DNA from: Scyliorhinus canicula | Taxonomy: Eukaryota | Length of the DNA stretch: 64,000 nucleotides | Direction of reading: 5' to 3' | Assembly: GCF_902713615.1 (NCBI RefSeq) | Contig: NC_052162.1 | Span: 130,472,653 to 130,536,652, forward strand | The notes under the pieces: model-generated | Databases searched by the model: none | What the model saw: only the letters and a program-made list of their open reading frames with translations | Told to the model about the DNA's origin: nothing | Shown: positions 10,483-24,438 of the stretch, in pieces | How positions within the stretch are numbered: position 1 is the first letter of the stretch | How the letters are laid out: every line of letters starts with the position of its first letter | Made by a program: the position numbers and the translations under genes

Positions 10483-11700
10483 TGTGATGAATGTAGATTT
10501 TGTTTTCCATAGATTGCATTATATATACCTGTTACAGTAATGTTATTAACAAACTGGGTTAAGGTAGCCAGTCTGTGTGTCTGCTAGGGCTGCAATTAAG
10601 ATGTCATAAAAGTGAGATAATCATTCATTCCAACCATGTACTTGTTTACCTATTTCGGGTTAATGGAATATTGTGTATTTTGGATGGTTCCCTTCTGGGA
10701 GGCTGGGGCAGATAATTTGAGACATTATGTTTAGACTTAGATAAGCAGGTAATGGGATCTGAATGGGATAGAGATAAAGTAATTAATGGGAGAGGCCAGG
10801 TTTGTTGCATGCAGAGCAGCACGGTGGCCTAGTGGTTAGCACAACCGCCTCACGGCGCTGAGGTCCCAGGTTCGATCCCGGCTCTGGATCACTGTCTGTG
10901 TGGAGTTTGCACATTCTCCCCGTGTCTGCGTGGGTTTCGCCCCCGCAACCCAAAAATGTGCAGAGTATGTGGATTGGCCACGCTAAATTGCCCCTTAATT
11001 GGAAAAAATAATTGGGTAATCTAAATTAAAAAAAAAAAGATTTCTTGCATGCAGTTTTGGCTGTAGGAATTTTTGAGTTTGCCAAGGCAGAAGGATTTTC
11101 AGGTTGTGCCTGAAAAGGTCTCTTTCTCTTCTTCTGAAAGGAAATCGCTACCCAATAGTACAGAAAGTACCCCTGTGTTTGCCAACTATTTTTACAAGTG
11201 GCTTTTGACCTGTAATGAGATTTGCTTATTTGGAATTAGAAGTTAGCAGTTAAAGTGTTTCCCTGTTTTGTTTTGAACAATTTAACTGTTACTTGCATTT
11301 TTCTGTGATGTTGATGTGGTGAATACTGTGTTAATAATAAAGTTTGTAGGACGTCACAGCGGCGCAGTGGTTAGCACTGCTGCCTTACATGGCTGAGGAC
11401 CCGGGTTTGATCCCGGTCCCGGGTCACTGTCCGTGTGGAGTTTGCACGTTCTCCCTGTGCCTGCTTGGGTTTCACCTCCACAACCTAAAGATGTACAGGG
11501 TAGGTGGATTGGGCATTCTTAATTACCCTTTAATTGGAAAATTTTAAAAAATAATAATAATAAAGTTTGTTTTAATAGAAAAGATCTCGATTAGGCAGTG
11601 GAATTGCTCTTGGGGCAAAGTATCCTTTCCTCACAGTTTTATGTATTGAAACATTGTTGAGGTTTCTTGTCTGGTTTCCCTAACATAAATTTGGGTTATA
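10483..11700 (+). mobile_element. Solo LTR (family A) with two nested short SINEs (10815-11038, 11349-11560)
   Basis: TG start, AATAAAGTTTG, ...CCCTAACA end; clearly homologous to 37753-38510 and 58650-59060. Confidence 0.75.
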
Positions 11701-12500
11701 ATCGTGCGTCGGCTGAAAATTGAGGCAACGCTGGGCGCCCAACAGCATGTCCAGTGCCTCGACAGTGGTGTGAATGTGTTCCATGCCGAATGCCATCTTG
11801 GGTATGCAATTTGTACAGTAAAGGCTGTTTGCATATCATTCACGGCCCAATCCGGTATTCTCCGGGCTTCCCGCATACTTTGCCTCCGCCAGGTGGAATT
11901 ACCTACGGCGAGGTTCCCTTGTGATAGTGAAAATCGGGAACTGGCACCGTGATTACTGAGGAAGAGAAAGGAGGTACAAAAAGTGTTTAACATCGCTATA
12001 GTGTGCTGACAGTTGTGCCGATGGCTGGGTGGGGGCGGCACATCTGCCAGGGGGGCATCCAGGTGGTGGGCCATGGGTCGAGGTGGTAGGCCATGGACCA
12101 TCATTGTCACAGCCTGCAAGGCAGCCATGCTGTTGACTGCCCCACTGTGAACTGAGCACCACGGGTTGTATGGGTGCCTCCCCCCACACCCCCCACCCCC
12201 CAGTACTCTCTGGCCCCAGCCGACCCATCAACGTGCTTCAGGGCAACCAGTGCCATCTTCCTGGCTGGGGTGAGGATGCGGGGAGTGGAGTGCCGATATG
12301 CAGCTCCTGCTTGTCAGGCTCTCAGTGCCGATCGCGACCCACCGTATCAAACACCGGCATGCATTGGAATTCCAATAGTTCCATGTGGCACTGGTGCGAG
12401 CCCATAGAATGTCCTGAATCACTCCGGGCCCAGTGCTATTATCGTGTACGTAGAACACTCGCGATTCAGTCCCGGCATCAGCACGGAGAATCTTGCCCAT
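11700..12500. mobile_element. Degenerate GC-rich non-autonomous DNA transposon (Harbinger-type MITE family)
   Basis: Ends GGAGAATCTTGCCC, like the TIR of the 46256-47015 element; related pieces at ~13600-14030 and ~20500-21440. Confidence 0.5.
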
Positions 12501-12622
12501 TGTCTTCCCCAACCAATTTTTTGAATCAGTGTACCTTGTATTAACCAAATATATTAATTAAAGAATACTGTATCAATTAGCTAACAATCAGTAACAGATG
12601 ATTGCATAAGTTTACAGGAAGG

Positions 12623-12840
12623 AGGGCAGCAAGGTGACGCAGTGGTTAGCACTGCTGCCTCACGGCGCCGAGGACCCGGGTTCGATCCCGGCCCCGAGTC
12701 ACTGTCCGTGTGGAGTTTGCACATTCTCCAAATATCTGCATGGGTCTCACCCCCACAACCCAAAGATGTGCAGGGTAGGTAGATTGGCCACGTTAAATTG
12801 CTTCTTAATTAGAAAATGTTGGGTACTTTAAATTTTTTAA
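12623..12840 (+). mobile_element. V-SINE, short form
   Basis: Consensus match. Confidence 0.88.
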
Positions 12841-12844
12841 AGGT

Positions 12845-13590
12845 TTACAGGATATTATTGCTCTGGAGGGAGTGCAGAGGAGATTCACCAGGATCTTGCC
12901 TGGGATGGAACATTTAAGTTATGAAGAGAGGTTGGACGGATTTGGGTTGTTTTCATTGAAGCAGAGAAGACTGAGGGGGTGACCTCATAGAATTTACAGT
13001 GCCAAAGGAGGCCATTCAGCCCTTCGAGTCTGCACCGGCCCTTGGAAAGAGCACACTATCTAAGCCCATACCTTCACCCTGTCCCCGTAACCACTTAACC
13101 TTTTATGGACACTAAGGGCAATTTAGCATGGCCAATCCACCTAAACTGCACAGCTTTGGACTGTGGGAGGAAACCGGAGCACCCGGAGGAAACCCACACA
13201 AACACGGGGAGAACATGCAGACTCCGCACAGACAGTGACCCAAGCCGGGAATTGAACCTGGGATCCCGGAGCTGTGAAGCAACTGTGCTAACCACTGTGC
13301 GACCCTGCTGCCTTGATCGAGATGTGCAAGATTGAGGAGCATGGTCAAGGTTGATAGGGAGCCTTAGTTGAAGGGTCAGCCACAAGAGGACACAAGTTCA
13401 AGGTGAGGGGCAGGAGGTTTGGGGGTATGTGAGGAACAACCTTTTTACCCAGAGGGAGGTGACGGTCTGGAATGCACTGCCTGGGAGGGTGGTAGAGGTG
13501 GGTTGCCTCACATTCTTGAAAAATATCTGGATGTGCATTTAGCACAGCATAATATTCAAGGCTATGGGCCAATTGCTGGCAAATGGGGTT
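12845..13590 (+). mobile_element. CR1 LINE 3' fragment with nested HE1 SINE (12987-13312, -)
   Basis: CTGGAGGGAGTGCAGAGGAGATTCACCAGG (LEGVQRRFTR) and the RGHKFKV motif. Confidence 0.8.
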
Positions 13591-13714
13591 AGGTAGCTAG
13601 GAAACCCCATTTTACGGTGCCCCCCCCCCCCCCCCCCCCCCCCCGGCAGCAGGATCCTCTGTTCCGGCAGCTGGCCAGTGGGGTTTCCCATTGTGGCCAT
13701 CCCACGCCGTCAGG

Positions 13715-16700
13715 AAACCATAAGACCATAAGACATAGAAGCAGAATTAGGCCACTTGGCCCATCAAGTCTGCTCCGCCATTCAATCACGGCTGATATTT
13801 TTCTCACATCCCATTCTCCTGCCTTCTCCCCATAACCCCTGATCCTCTTATTAATCAAGAACCTATCTATCTCTGACACTCAGTGATTTGGCCTCCACAG
13901 CCTTGTGCAGCAAAGAGTTCCACAGATTCACTACCCTCTGGTTGAGGAAATTCCTCCTCATCTCTGACCCGGGGCATGGATGCGCTGCTGGTGAAGCGGA
14001 TGATCCCGCTGACAGAGAATCCCGCAGCAGACACGATGGGCCAGACACGCAGACAGGGGGAGAATGTGCAAACTCCACACAGACAGTAACCCAGAGCCAC
14101 TGCGCCACCGTGCCGCTCCTTTGATTCGCTTACCTAACAAAAATCTATCTACCTCTACCTTAAAACTATTCAGTGAGCCCCACCTCCACTGTGTCTGAGG
14201 CAGGGAGTTCCAGAGTTGTGCGACCCTCAGAGATAAAAATGTTCTATGTTCTAAAAGGGCGACTCATAATTTTAAAACAGTGTCCTCTATTTCTGGACTC
14301 GCCCTCAAGATGAAGCATCCTTTCCAGTTCCACTTTGTCAAGATCGTTCAGGATCTTATATGCTTCAAGCAGGTCACCCCTAAACTCTTCTAAACCCGGC
14401 AGCACGGTGGCACAGTGGTTTTATATATATATAGAATTTACAGTGCAGAAGGAGGCCATTCGGCCCATCGAGTCTGCACTGGCTCCCGGAAAGAGCATCC
14501 CACCCAAGGTTAACACCTCCAACCTATCCCCATAACCCAGCAACCCCACCCACACTAAGGGCAATTTTGGACACTAAGGGGAATTTTTTTTATCATGGCC
14601 AATCCACCTAACCTGCACATCTTTGGACTGTGGGAGGAAACCGGAGCACCCGGAGGAAACCCACGCACACACGGGAAGGATGTGCAGACTCCGCACAGAC
14701 AGTGACCCAAGCCGGAATCGAACCTGGGACCCTGGAGCTATGAAGCAATTGTGCTATCCACAATGCTACCGTGCTGCCTACAGCGCTGAGGACCCGGGTT
14801 TGAATCCCGGCCCTAGGTCACTGTCTGTGTGCAGTTTGCACATTCTCCCCGTGCCTGCGTGGGTTTCACCCCCACAACCCAAAGATGTGCAGGTTAGGTG
14901 GATTGCTCACGCTAAATTGCCCCTTAATTGGAAAAAAATAATTGGGTACTCTAAATTTAAAAAAATAAAAATAATAATAACTCTTCTAAACCCCAGTAGT
15001 TATAAACCCAGTCTGCCTAACCATTTTGCATCAGACAACCTGCTCCTACCAGGTATCAATCTAGTAAACCTCCTCTGAACTACATCCAACCCACTTACAG
15101 CGTTCCTTAAATAAGGAGGCCAAGTCTGTACACAATATTTGTGATATGGTCTCACTAGTACCCTGCAAAACTGAAGCATAATATTCTTTTTTTTAAATAA
15201 ATTTAGAGTACCCAATTATTTTTTTCCACTTCAGGGGCAATTTAACATGTTCAATCCACCTACTCTGCACAGCTTTGGGTTGTGGGGGCGAAACCCACGC
15301 AAACACGGGGAGAATGTGCAAACTCCACACAGTAAGTGACCCAGAGCCGGGATCGAACCTGGGACCTCAGTGCCATGAGGCAGGCAGTGCTAACCACTGC
15401 GCCACCTTGCTGCCCTTGAAGCATAATAGTCTTACTTTAATGTTCAATTCCTCTCATAATAAAGATGATGTGGAGATGCTGGCGTTGCACTGGGATGGTC
15501 ACATTAAGAGGTCTTCCAAAACTAGGTTAAAGTCCCAACAGGTTTATTTGGAATCACTAGCTTTCGGACCATAGCTCCTTCTCATAATAAAGGATAGCAT
15601 TCCATTAGTGTTCTTGGACTGCATGCTGTACCGTCATACTAACCGGTTGTGACTCGTGCACGGAAACACCTACACACCTCAGAATTTCAGAATTCTGCAG
15701 TTGTTCCCCGTTAAGTGATACTGTTTTTATTTTTTCTTCCTCCAAAGTGAGGAACTTCACATTTTCCCTCATTATACTCCATCTGCCAGATTTGGCCACT
15801 AACCCAACCTATTGATATCCACCTGCAAATTCCTTATGTCTTCTTCACAACATACTTTCCGACCAATCTTTGTGTTATTTGCAAATTTAGCTACCATGCA
15901 TTCGCTCCCTTCATCTAAGTCATTGATATAAATTGTTTTTTTAAATAAATTTAGTGTACCCAATTCATTTAGTTTCCAATTAAGGGGCAATTTAGCATGG
16001 CCAGTTCACCCACCCTGCACAGAGAACATAGAACAGTACAGCACAGAACAGGCCCTTCGGTCCTCGATGTTGTGCCGAGCCATGATCACCCTACTCAAAC
16101 CCACGTATCCACCCTATACCCGTAACCCAACAACCCCCCCCCCCTTAAATTTTTTTTTTAGGACACTACGGGCAATTTATCATGGCCAATCCACCTAACC
16201 CGCACATCTTTTGGACTGTGGGAGGAAACCGGAGCACCCGGAGGAAACCCACGCACACACGGGGAGGACGTGCAGACTCCGCACAGACAGTGACCCAGCC
16301 GGGAATCGAACCTGGGACCCTGGAGCTGTGAAGCATTTATGCTAACCACCATGCTACCGTGCTGCCCAATCTTTGGGTTGTGGGGGTGAGACCCACACAG
16401 ACACGGGGGGGAATGTGCAAACTCCACACAGACAGTGACCTGAGGCTGGGATCGAACTCGGGTCCTCGGTGCCATGAGGCAGCAGCGCTAACCACTGCGC
16501 CTCTGTGCCGCCAGTGATTGATATAAATTGTATAAATTTGAGGCCCCAGCACAGACCCCTGTGGGACTCCATTTGTCAATAACCTGCCAATAAATAAACC
16601 ATTTGTGCATACTCTTTGATTTCTGCCAGCCAGTCCATCTTCTATCCATGCTACTATGTTACTCCCTACACAATAAGTATTTGTTTTCCAATCCAGCTCC

Positions 16701-17830
16701 AGGATCCCAGGTTCGATTCCCGGCTGGGTCACCGTCTGTGAGGAGTCTGCACGTTCTCCCCATGTCTGCGTGAGTTTCCTCCGGGTGCTCCGGTTTCCTC
16801 CCACGGTCCAAAGATGTACAGGTTAGGTGGATTGGCCGTGCTAAATTGCCCTTAGTGTCCAAAAAAGGTTCAGTGTTGGTTTCTGGGTTACGGGGATAGG
16901 GTAGATAGGTGGGCTTGAGTAGGGTGCTCTTTGTAAGGGCCAGTGCAGACTAGATGGGCCGAATAGCCTCCTTCTGCACTGCAAATTCTATGATAATCTC
17001 TGATGTGGCAGCTTATCAAATGCTTTCTGGAATTCCAAGTACAGTACATCTACAGGCTCCCCTCTGTCCACGGCACATGGTACTCCTTCAAAGAACTCCA
17101 ATAAATTAAGTAAATATAGGAACATAGGAACAAGAATAGACAAGTCAGCCCTTTGAGCTTGCTCCACCATTCAATTAGATCATGGCTGATCTGTGACCTA
17201 ACTCCATATACTTGTCTTTGGCCCATATCCTTTAATGCCTTTGCGCAACAAGAAAAAACTATTTCAGATTTAAAATTAAGAATTGTTCTGTCATCAATTG
17301 CCATTTGCAGGAGAGAGTTCCAAATGTCTACGACCCTTTCTGTGTCAAAGTTCTTCCTGACATCTCTCCTGAAAGGTCTGGCACTAATTTTTAGACCATG
17401 CCCCCTAGTTCTAGAATCTCCAACCAGTGGAAACAGTTTATCTTTATCCAACCTGTCTTTTCCTGTTGAAGATTTTGATCAGATCACCCCTTAACCTTCT
17501 AAATTCGATAGAAAACAGGCCGACTCTGTATAATCCCTCTTCATAACTTAACCCCCGAAATCCAGGTATAATTCTTGTAATCTTACGTAGCACTCCCTCC
17601 GAGGCCAATATTTCCTTCCGAAGGTGTGGTGACCAGATCTGCTCACAGTGCTTCAAGTCTAACCAGGGTTTTGGAAAGCTGAGGCATAACCTCTGTGTCC
17701 TTGTACCCCAGTCCTCTACAAAAAGGCCAACACTCTATTAGCCTTCTTCATTACTTTCTGCACTTTTTTCGTGGCATTTTAAAGGTCTATGTACCTGAAA
17801 CCCCAGGTCTTTTTGGACATAGATTTGGGC
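13715..17830 (-). mobile_element. Stack of CR1 ORF2/3' fragments with nested SINEs (14397-14960 with 14432-14776 inside; 15186-15415; 15935-16510 with 16022-16367 inside; 16690-16992)
   Basis: Minus-strand translations show CR1 RT motifs: GVPQGSVLGP, IYINDLD...KFANNTK, DVLYLEFQKAFDKLPH, RPYHKYCVQTW. Confidence 0.8.
15464..15580. mobile_element. Penelope-type short insertion
   Basis: Same family as 58055-58206; flanked by duplicated TCTCATAATAAA. Confidence 0.6.
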
Positions 17831-17954
17831 ATATATTTAAGGTAAGGGGCAGTAGGTTTGGAGGGTATGTGAGGAAAACATTTTCGCCCAGAGTGTGGTG
17901 GGAGTTTGGAACTCACTGCCTTAAAGGGTGGTGTAGGCAGAGACCCTCATAACA

Positions 17955-20390
17955 ATTTTTTAAAAATGTATTTTAATCCAAACATATATAAAAGGTTACA
18001 AAACATAAACAATCCGGGGACAAACTCCCCAACACACAACTATACAGTTTGCACGAATTTTCCCCTTTTTCACCCCATTCCTCCCTCCCACCCTCTGTGC
18101 TGTTGTACGAAGTAAATAATGGCATGATGGGAAAACTGGTCAACTACTGGGTACCATGTAAGAAAAGCTGACTTCGCATGATCTAAAGCCTGAATAAGAT
18201 CAGAAAAGGTCAAGCTGATCCGAAATGCCTCCGCAAATTCTGATAAGACTAACTCGTCATAACCCAAAGCAGTCTAAATACGACAAGATAAGGTCAGAAC
18301 AAGTCTCCTCCGATTCATAAACATTCCATCAAAGGACAAAATAATGATCTGAGTGACGGGACAGAGTCCTGAAAAGTCAGCAAGATGACGCCTGTTTTAT
18401 GATATTGCTTATGTTTCTATTTCCGATCGAATTCCTGACTAAACTGTTGTCACACAATCTTGATAATGATAATGTATAAATATTGAGCTGATTCTCTGTG
18501 AAAGCGCGGACTTGAGTAGGAATCAGGAGTGACACACCCTGCTCTCCGACCTCAACTTTCAGCCATAAACTGCAGTCTGTTCGTAAATAAAGTCTTGTTA
18601 TGTTTTCTTAACGAGCGTGGTTGAATTTTTCTATCACAGTCCAGAAGCGGGAAAAATATTGACTTCTACACCTCAACCCCCCTGCGACGAACAGCTCCTC
18701 AAACACGGCCATGAACATCCCCCACCTTGCCTCGATAACCTCCGCTGAACCCCTTAATTCGTAATTAATCTTTTCCAACCGAAGGAAGTCATCAAAGTCA
18801 CCCAGCCTGGCCGCCACCCCCGGTGGCCTTGCCGACCGCCACTCCAGCAGAATTCTTCCCCGGGCAATCAGAAAGGCGAAGGCCACAACATCGGCCCGCC
18901 TCCTCTCCATCGGCTGCGGCTTCTCCGATATCCCAAATATCGGCACCAATGGGTCCGGCTCAAATCCACCCTCGCTGTCCTTGCCAGCGTCGCAAACACT
19001 CCTGCCCAGAATCTCTGCAACGTTTCACAGCCCCAGAACATATGAACATAATTCGCTGGTCCCCGCCCACACATTTCACACTCGTCTGCCACTCCCTGGA
19101 AGAACCTACTCATTCTTGACCGACTCATGTGTACCCTGTGTACCACCTTGAACTGTATCAGGCTCATCCTTGTGCACGAGGAGGTCGCATTCACCCTTCA
19201 TAGCACCTCACTCCATACGCCCCAGTTTATCTCCCCTCCAGCTCCCCCTCTCAATTCTCCTTAATCTTCATCACCTCCCTGCTGTCCCAGCCACCTGTAT
19301 ATGTCTCTCATCCTGCCCTCCCCTTCCACATCTGGAAGCAGCAGTCGCTCCAACAGGGTGTACCTCGATAACCTGGGGAACTCTTTCCAAACCTTACGTT
19401 CAAAGTCCCTTACCAGCAGGCACCTAAACTCACTTCCTCTCGGGAGCTCTACCCTCCCCTTCAGTTCCTCTATATTGGCAAACTCTTCTTCTCAGGTACA
19501 AATCCCTCACCTAAACCAGCCCCACTTCCTGGACATACCATCTATCTCCCACGGCTCCAAACCATGGTTTTCGCACAACAGAGTTACCCCTCTATCCTCA
19601 AGTGCCTCCTCAGCTGGTTCCAGATCTTCACCGTGGACTACACTACAAGGCTCTTCGAGTGTTTCCTTGGCGCCATTGGCAATGCCGCTGTCACCATTGC
19701 CCTCAGGCTGGACCCCCGACAGGATTCTTCCTCCATCCTCACCCATTCTATCCCTTCTCCTTCCCACCACTGCCTCGCCTTCTCCACGTTCGCGGCCCAG
19801 TAATAATGTAGCAGGTTCAGCAACGCCAACCCTCCTTTCTGCCTCTGTCTCTGCAACAGGGTCCTCTTGACCCTTGGCACCGTACAAAGTCTGAAATAAT
19901 CACAGCCAGTTTCCGAAAGAAGGCCTTCGGTTCAAAGATCGGGTGTGTCTGGAATACGAACAGGAACCTCGGCAGAATGGTCATCTTCACCACTTGAAGC
20001 CTCCCCGTCAGAGTCAAGTGCAGCGTGTCCCACCTCTTCAGATCCTCCCTAACCTCCTACACCAGTTTTGTTAAATTCCATTTGTGAAGCATTGCCCATT
20101 CCCTCGCTACCTGAATCCCCAGGTATCTAAACCTGTCTCTGGCCAGCTTAAATGGTATGCCCCCTAGATTGGCTCACCGACCAAACTCGTTCAACAGGAA
20201 CACTTCACTTTTCCCTACATTTAACGTATATCCCGAGAACGTCCCAAACCTCAACAACAGGCCCATTATCCTCACTATGCTCTCCGGCGGGTCCGAAACA
20301 TACAATAGTAGGTCGTCCACGTTTAGTGACACCCGATGCTCCCTTCATCCCCTTGTAATCCCTCACCACTCTGCCGACCCCCAAAGAGAG
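17955..20390 (-). mobile_element. 5'-truncated L1/Tx1-clade LINE (ORF2 RT to C-terminus, 3' end)
   Basis: HRVSLNVDDLLLY (YADD region), LTLTGRLQVVKMTILPRFLFVFQ, KGGLALLNL, Cys/His knuckle CEMC...HMFWGC; frameshifted. Confidence 0.88.
18096..18670 (+). mobile_element. Solo LTR inserted in the L1 3' end
   Basis: TGT...ACA termini, TATAAA, AATAAA, 4-bp TSD CCTC. Confidence 0.8.
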
Positions 20391-21082
20391 GTAAGTTGCA
20401 GTGAAACCACACTCTTAAGTGATTAATGTACTTAGAGCTTGCACTGACATCTCTTTGATGTGGTCAATGTTTACAAACATTGGGGTTTCACCACTTACAC
20501 CACTGAACCGTAAAGGGATTATGAATGGATCAAAGCTGCAGCTGGTTTGTAGAAGCTGCCAATCACAGACCACTGCTAGAAAGCTATGAATGGCTTGCAG
20601 CTAAGGGATCTGTGGGAACCAGGCGCAGGTCACAGCTCCTCACCATCGAGGAATGGCCATGTGGTACTGCAAGGTGTGCATTAGAGCTATAGTGCTTCCC
20701 ACTTCCCCTGTATGGACTGCTATCTGCCAACCAGGGGTCTGTTATCTGGGCGGGGGACATCTGTGCGTGGGGGAGGGGGTTTGTGGAGGGGGTTCCTTTA
20801 GGCAGGGGGTCTCCCTATTACAGGGTCCCTGGGGGGATTGCCCTACACAGGGGTCCCTGTGGGGGGGGGAGGGGGGGGCTTCCTATTACAGGGGACCTTG
20901 GGGTTCCCCCATTCCAAGGGTCCCGGAGGTCCGCCTATTAAAAGGGACCCTGTGGAAGGGGCATTCGGGGTGGTGGTCTGGTAGAGGAGGTGCAGGCAGA
21001 CAGTGCATTGTTGGGGTAGCCCTCGGATGGGCTCAGATGGTTTTTTAGCAGCATAGCCCTGGCATGGTGGACCTCACGGTGA

Positions 21083-21116
<34 letters not shown>

Positions 21117-21589
21117 CGCAAGGTCAATGAGGTCCACCACGTCACGGCCACACTAAACCACAAGTGATCTAAGCCAACGTGAATCCCAACTGTGGGGACC
21201 GGAGAATCGCGTAAGGCTTGGAGCAAAGGTTGCTGGGCCCACTTAATAGATTAAGACCCATTTGCATTTATAACTAAGCTGCCGCTGCGTGTGGAATGGA
21301 CCTTGTTCCTGCCACCAGCTGGGGGTCGGAGCATCACGTTCAGGTTGGCGTCCAGTGCCGATCCTGATTTTGCCCCGCATCCGATTCTCCGTCCATCAGG
21401 GAAGGCGATCCAGGTGTCCCGAGACAGAGAATCCCGCCGAATGTCTCTATCTACTCCCTGGAAATCATAACACAAACCCACTAGGCCGCTCCTTGTAAAC
21501 ATAAGCATGGCTTGAAAGAATGATGATCCCACTTTTTACGACATCCTCATTGCACCTTTTGCAGCCACAAGTATGTCTGTCTTTTGAAC

Positions 21590-23650
21590 CAGGATTTTAA
21601 AAAACAATATTGCTGCAGAAGCTACATACACACCCTACCCTAGGACTTTAAAACATTACTGCAAAAAATACATATAATACAATATATATACCAATTTCTT
21701 ACATTCATCAGTTGATTCTTCCCAATTGCCTCGAGTGTCCCAAAAGTGCAGCTATAAACTCTTTAATGGTTGCTTCTGATGCTTTCCACACAACAGACAT
21801 CAAGCTAACTGGCCTATAGTTTCCTATTTTCTGCCTCCCTCCATTCTTGAAGAGGGGTTATGTTTGCTACATGGGTGGCACAGTAGCACAGTGGTTGGCA
21901 CTGTTGCTTCACAGCGCCAGGGACCAGGGTTCAATTCCCGGTTTGGGTCACTGTCTGTGCGAGGTCTGCATGCTCTCCCCGTGTCTGCGTGAGTTTCCTC
22001 CGGGTGCTCCGGTTTCCTCCCACAAGTCCCGAAAGACGTGCTGTTGGGTGAATTGGACATTCTGAATTCTCCCTCTGTGACCCGGACAGGCGCCGGAATG
22101 TGGCGACTAGGGGATTCTCACAGTAACTTCATTGCAGTGTTAATGTCAGCCTACTTGTGACAATAAAGATCATTATTATTACTTTCCAGTCTGATGGAAG
22201 CTTTCCAAAATCTAGGGCATTTTGGAATATTTAACATCAAGACACCTGCTACCTTATTAGTCACCTCTTTTGAAAATGACATGAAAAATGAAAATCGCTT
22301 ATGGTCACGAGTTGGCTTCAATTAAGTTACTGTGAAAAGCCCCTAGTCGCCACATTCCGGCGCCTGTCCGGGGAGGCTGGTACGGGAATCGAACCGTGCT
22401 GCTGGCCTGCTTTAAAAGCCAGCGATTTAGCCCAGTGAGCCAAACCCGCCCCTTGAGACCCTCTGATGAAGTACACGGAGAGACGGAGACATGTCAAGCC
22501 GCATTCTATCAGTTTACTCACTACTAATTCTCTAGTGATTGTAATTTCACCATGTTCCTCTCTCCCTTCCCAACTTACAGAAATTGCTGGAATGTTTTTG
22601 TAGCTTTGATACTGAAGCCAGAAGCAAAATATTTGGTAATTTCATCTGCCATTTTTTTATTGAAATGAAGCCTCAGATGATCATTGGCTGCTGGTGATTT
22701 AACTTGGGAGTCACCACACCTCAAGCGAGGGGGAAGGTTGAGAAAGCGGGACCTTCATGAATATCCTCAGCCGGTACGGGAATTGAACCCGTGCTTTGGT
22801 GTCGTTCCCCATCATGAACCAGCCGTGACCTTCACTTCCTTATCTGCTATTAACTCCACATTTTCGGGCGAAATGCGGCGCATTGGTTAGCACTGGGACT
22901 GCGGCGCTGAGGACCCGGGTTCGAATCCCAGCCCTGGATCACTGTCTGTGTGGAGTTTGCACATTCTCCCCATGTCTGCATGTGTTTCACCCCCACAACC
23001 CAAAGATGTGCAGATTAGGTGGATTAGCCATGCGAAATTGGGTACTCTAAATTTATTTTAAAAACACCACTATAAAAAAATGTTTCATTTTCCTTTTTAA
23101 ATACTGGTGGAAACTATTGCTATCCGTTTTTACATTTACAGCTGGCTTCCTCTCACACTCGAATTTCTTCTCCCGATTAACCTCTTGATCAATCTCTGCT
23201 GTTTTTCATACTGTGATCAATAGAATTTTTTAGAATTTCGAATTTACAGTGCAGAAGGAGGTCATTCAGCCCATCGAATCTATACGAGCCCTTGGAAAGT
23301 GCACCCTACTTAAGCCCACGCCTCCACCCTATCCCCGTAACCCAGCAACACCACCGACCTTTTTTTGGACATTAAGTGATAATTTTATCATGGCCAATCC
23401 ACCTAACCTGAACATCTTTGGACTGTGGGAGGAAACCGGAGCATTCGGAGGAAACCCACACAGACACGGGGAGAACGTGCAGACACAGAACTGTGTGGAC
23501 ACAGACAGTCACCCGAGGCTGGAATTGAACCTAGGACCCTGGAGCTGTGAGGCAGCGGTGCTAAGGACTGTGTCATCAGGCCACCCAAATTATCTGATCT
23601 GCCAGTCATCTTTCTGCAGTTATATGCCTTTTCCTGAAGTTTGATGCTTC
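21590..23650 (-). mobile_element. Old CR1 fragments with nested SINEs (21871-22180 +, 22283-22450 -, 22866-23060 +, 23222-23583 -)
   Basis: SINE consensus matches; the intervening sequence resembles reverse CR1 ORF2. Confidence 0.65.
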
Positions 23651-23665
23651 TATGGAGAAGGTAAG

Positions 23666-24254
23666 TGTTATGGGCCATGGTTTAGAAAACTCCAAAGTAT
23701 ATCATGGAGTTCACCTGACCTACAACTGGTATTGATTTTGCTTACGATGAGCACAAGAGCCAGCATTTCAGGTGTTATTCAACAGAAGTCTTAGGCACTT
23801 TCAAACAAAAAAAACCAAGCTTTATTCTACGAATTTAGTTAACATTTTTATAAACACACACAGAAAGCATTTCTATCAACTACAAACATAAATACCCCAC
23901 ACAGCTGCAGTAATCTATGTATAACCCTTAATAAATTCCCCTCTTTAACTGTTCCAATTTAGTAACAAGACCCCATAAATTAAAAACCCCTTTTTACCAA
24001 AAACAGCAGGGTAACTATAATCATTGGGTTTTTTCCTTGGAATGACTCTTTACAAAGGCAGGCCACGATACTTCTCTGTCTGTACACAGCAGCCAAATGT
24101 AAAAACGAAACTAAAAACTCAGAGCCACAAACCAGCTCCAAATCAAAGTGAAAGTAAAACCAACTCCCAGATCTACGGCCCAGCTCCACCCACAGTGACA
24201 TCACTGAAGCCATGTGATAAGGCACAAACATTTCTTAAAGGGACACTCCTATGA
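23666..24254 (-). mobile_element. Solo LTR (family B)
   Basis: Reverse-complement homologue of 59373-60273 (GGCCCATAACA end, CTTTAAGAAATG start). Confidence 0.8.
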
Positions 24255-24438
24255 GCCCTTTAAAAGGGAATTAAAAGCATTTGAGATATTAAAAAGCACC
24301 AACACATTGGGTTTCACTACTAGCTAATTTATTCTATTTTTATTCTCAATATCAATAGGATGAGGTTTATTACCACCAGCAGAAACAGACCACAATGAAC
24401 AAAGTTCAGTCCTAAATGTGATGAACAGCAAAATCCAA

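Noticed and set aside
21086-21116. Long poly-G/poly-C runs (also 13620, 43856, 51506, 53146) as G-quadruplex elements
   Set aside because: They lie inside TEs, and homopolymer length is unreliable in assemblies.
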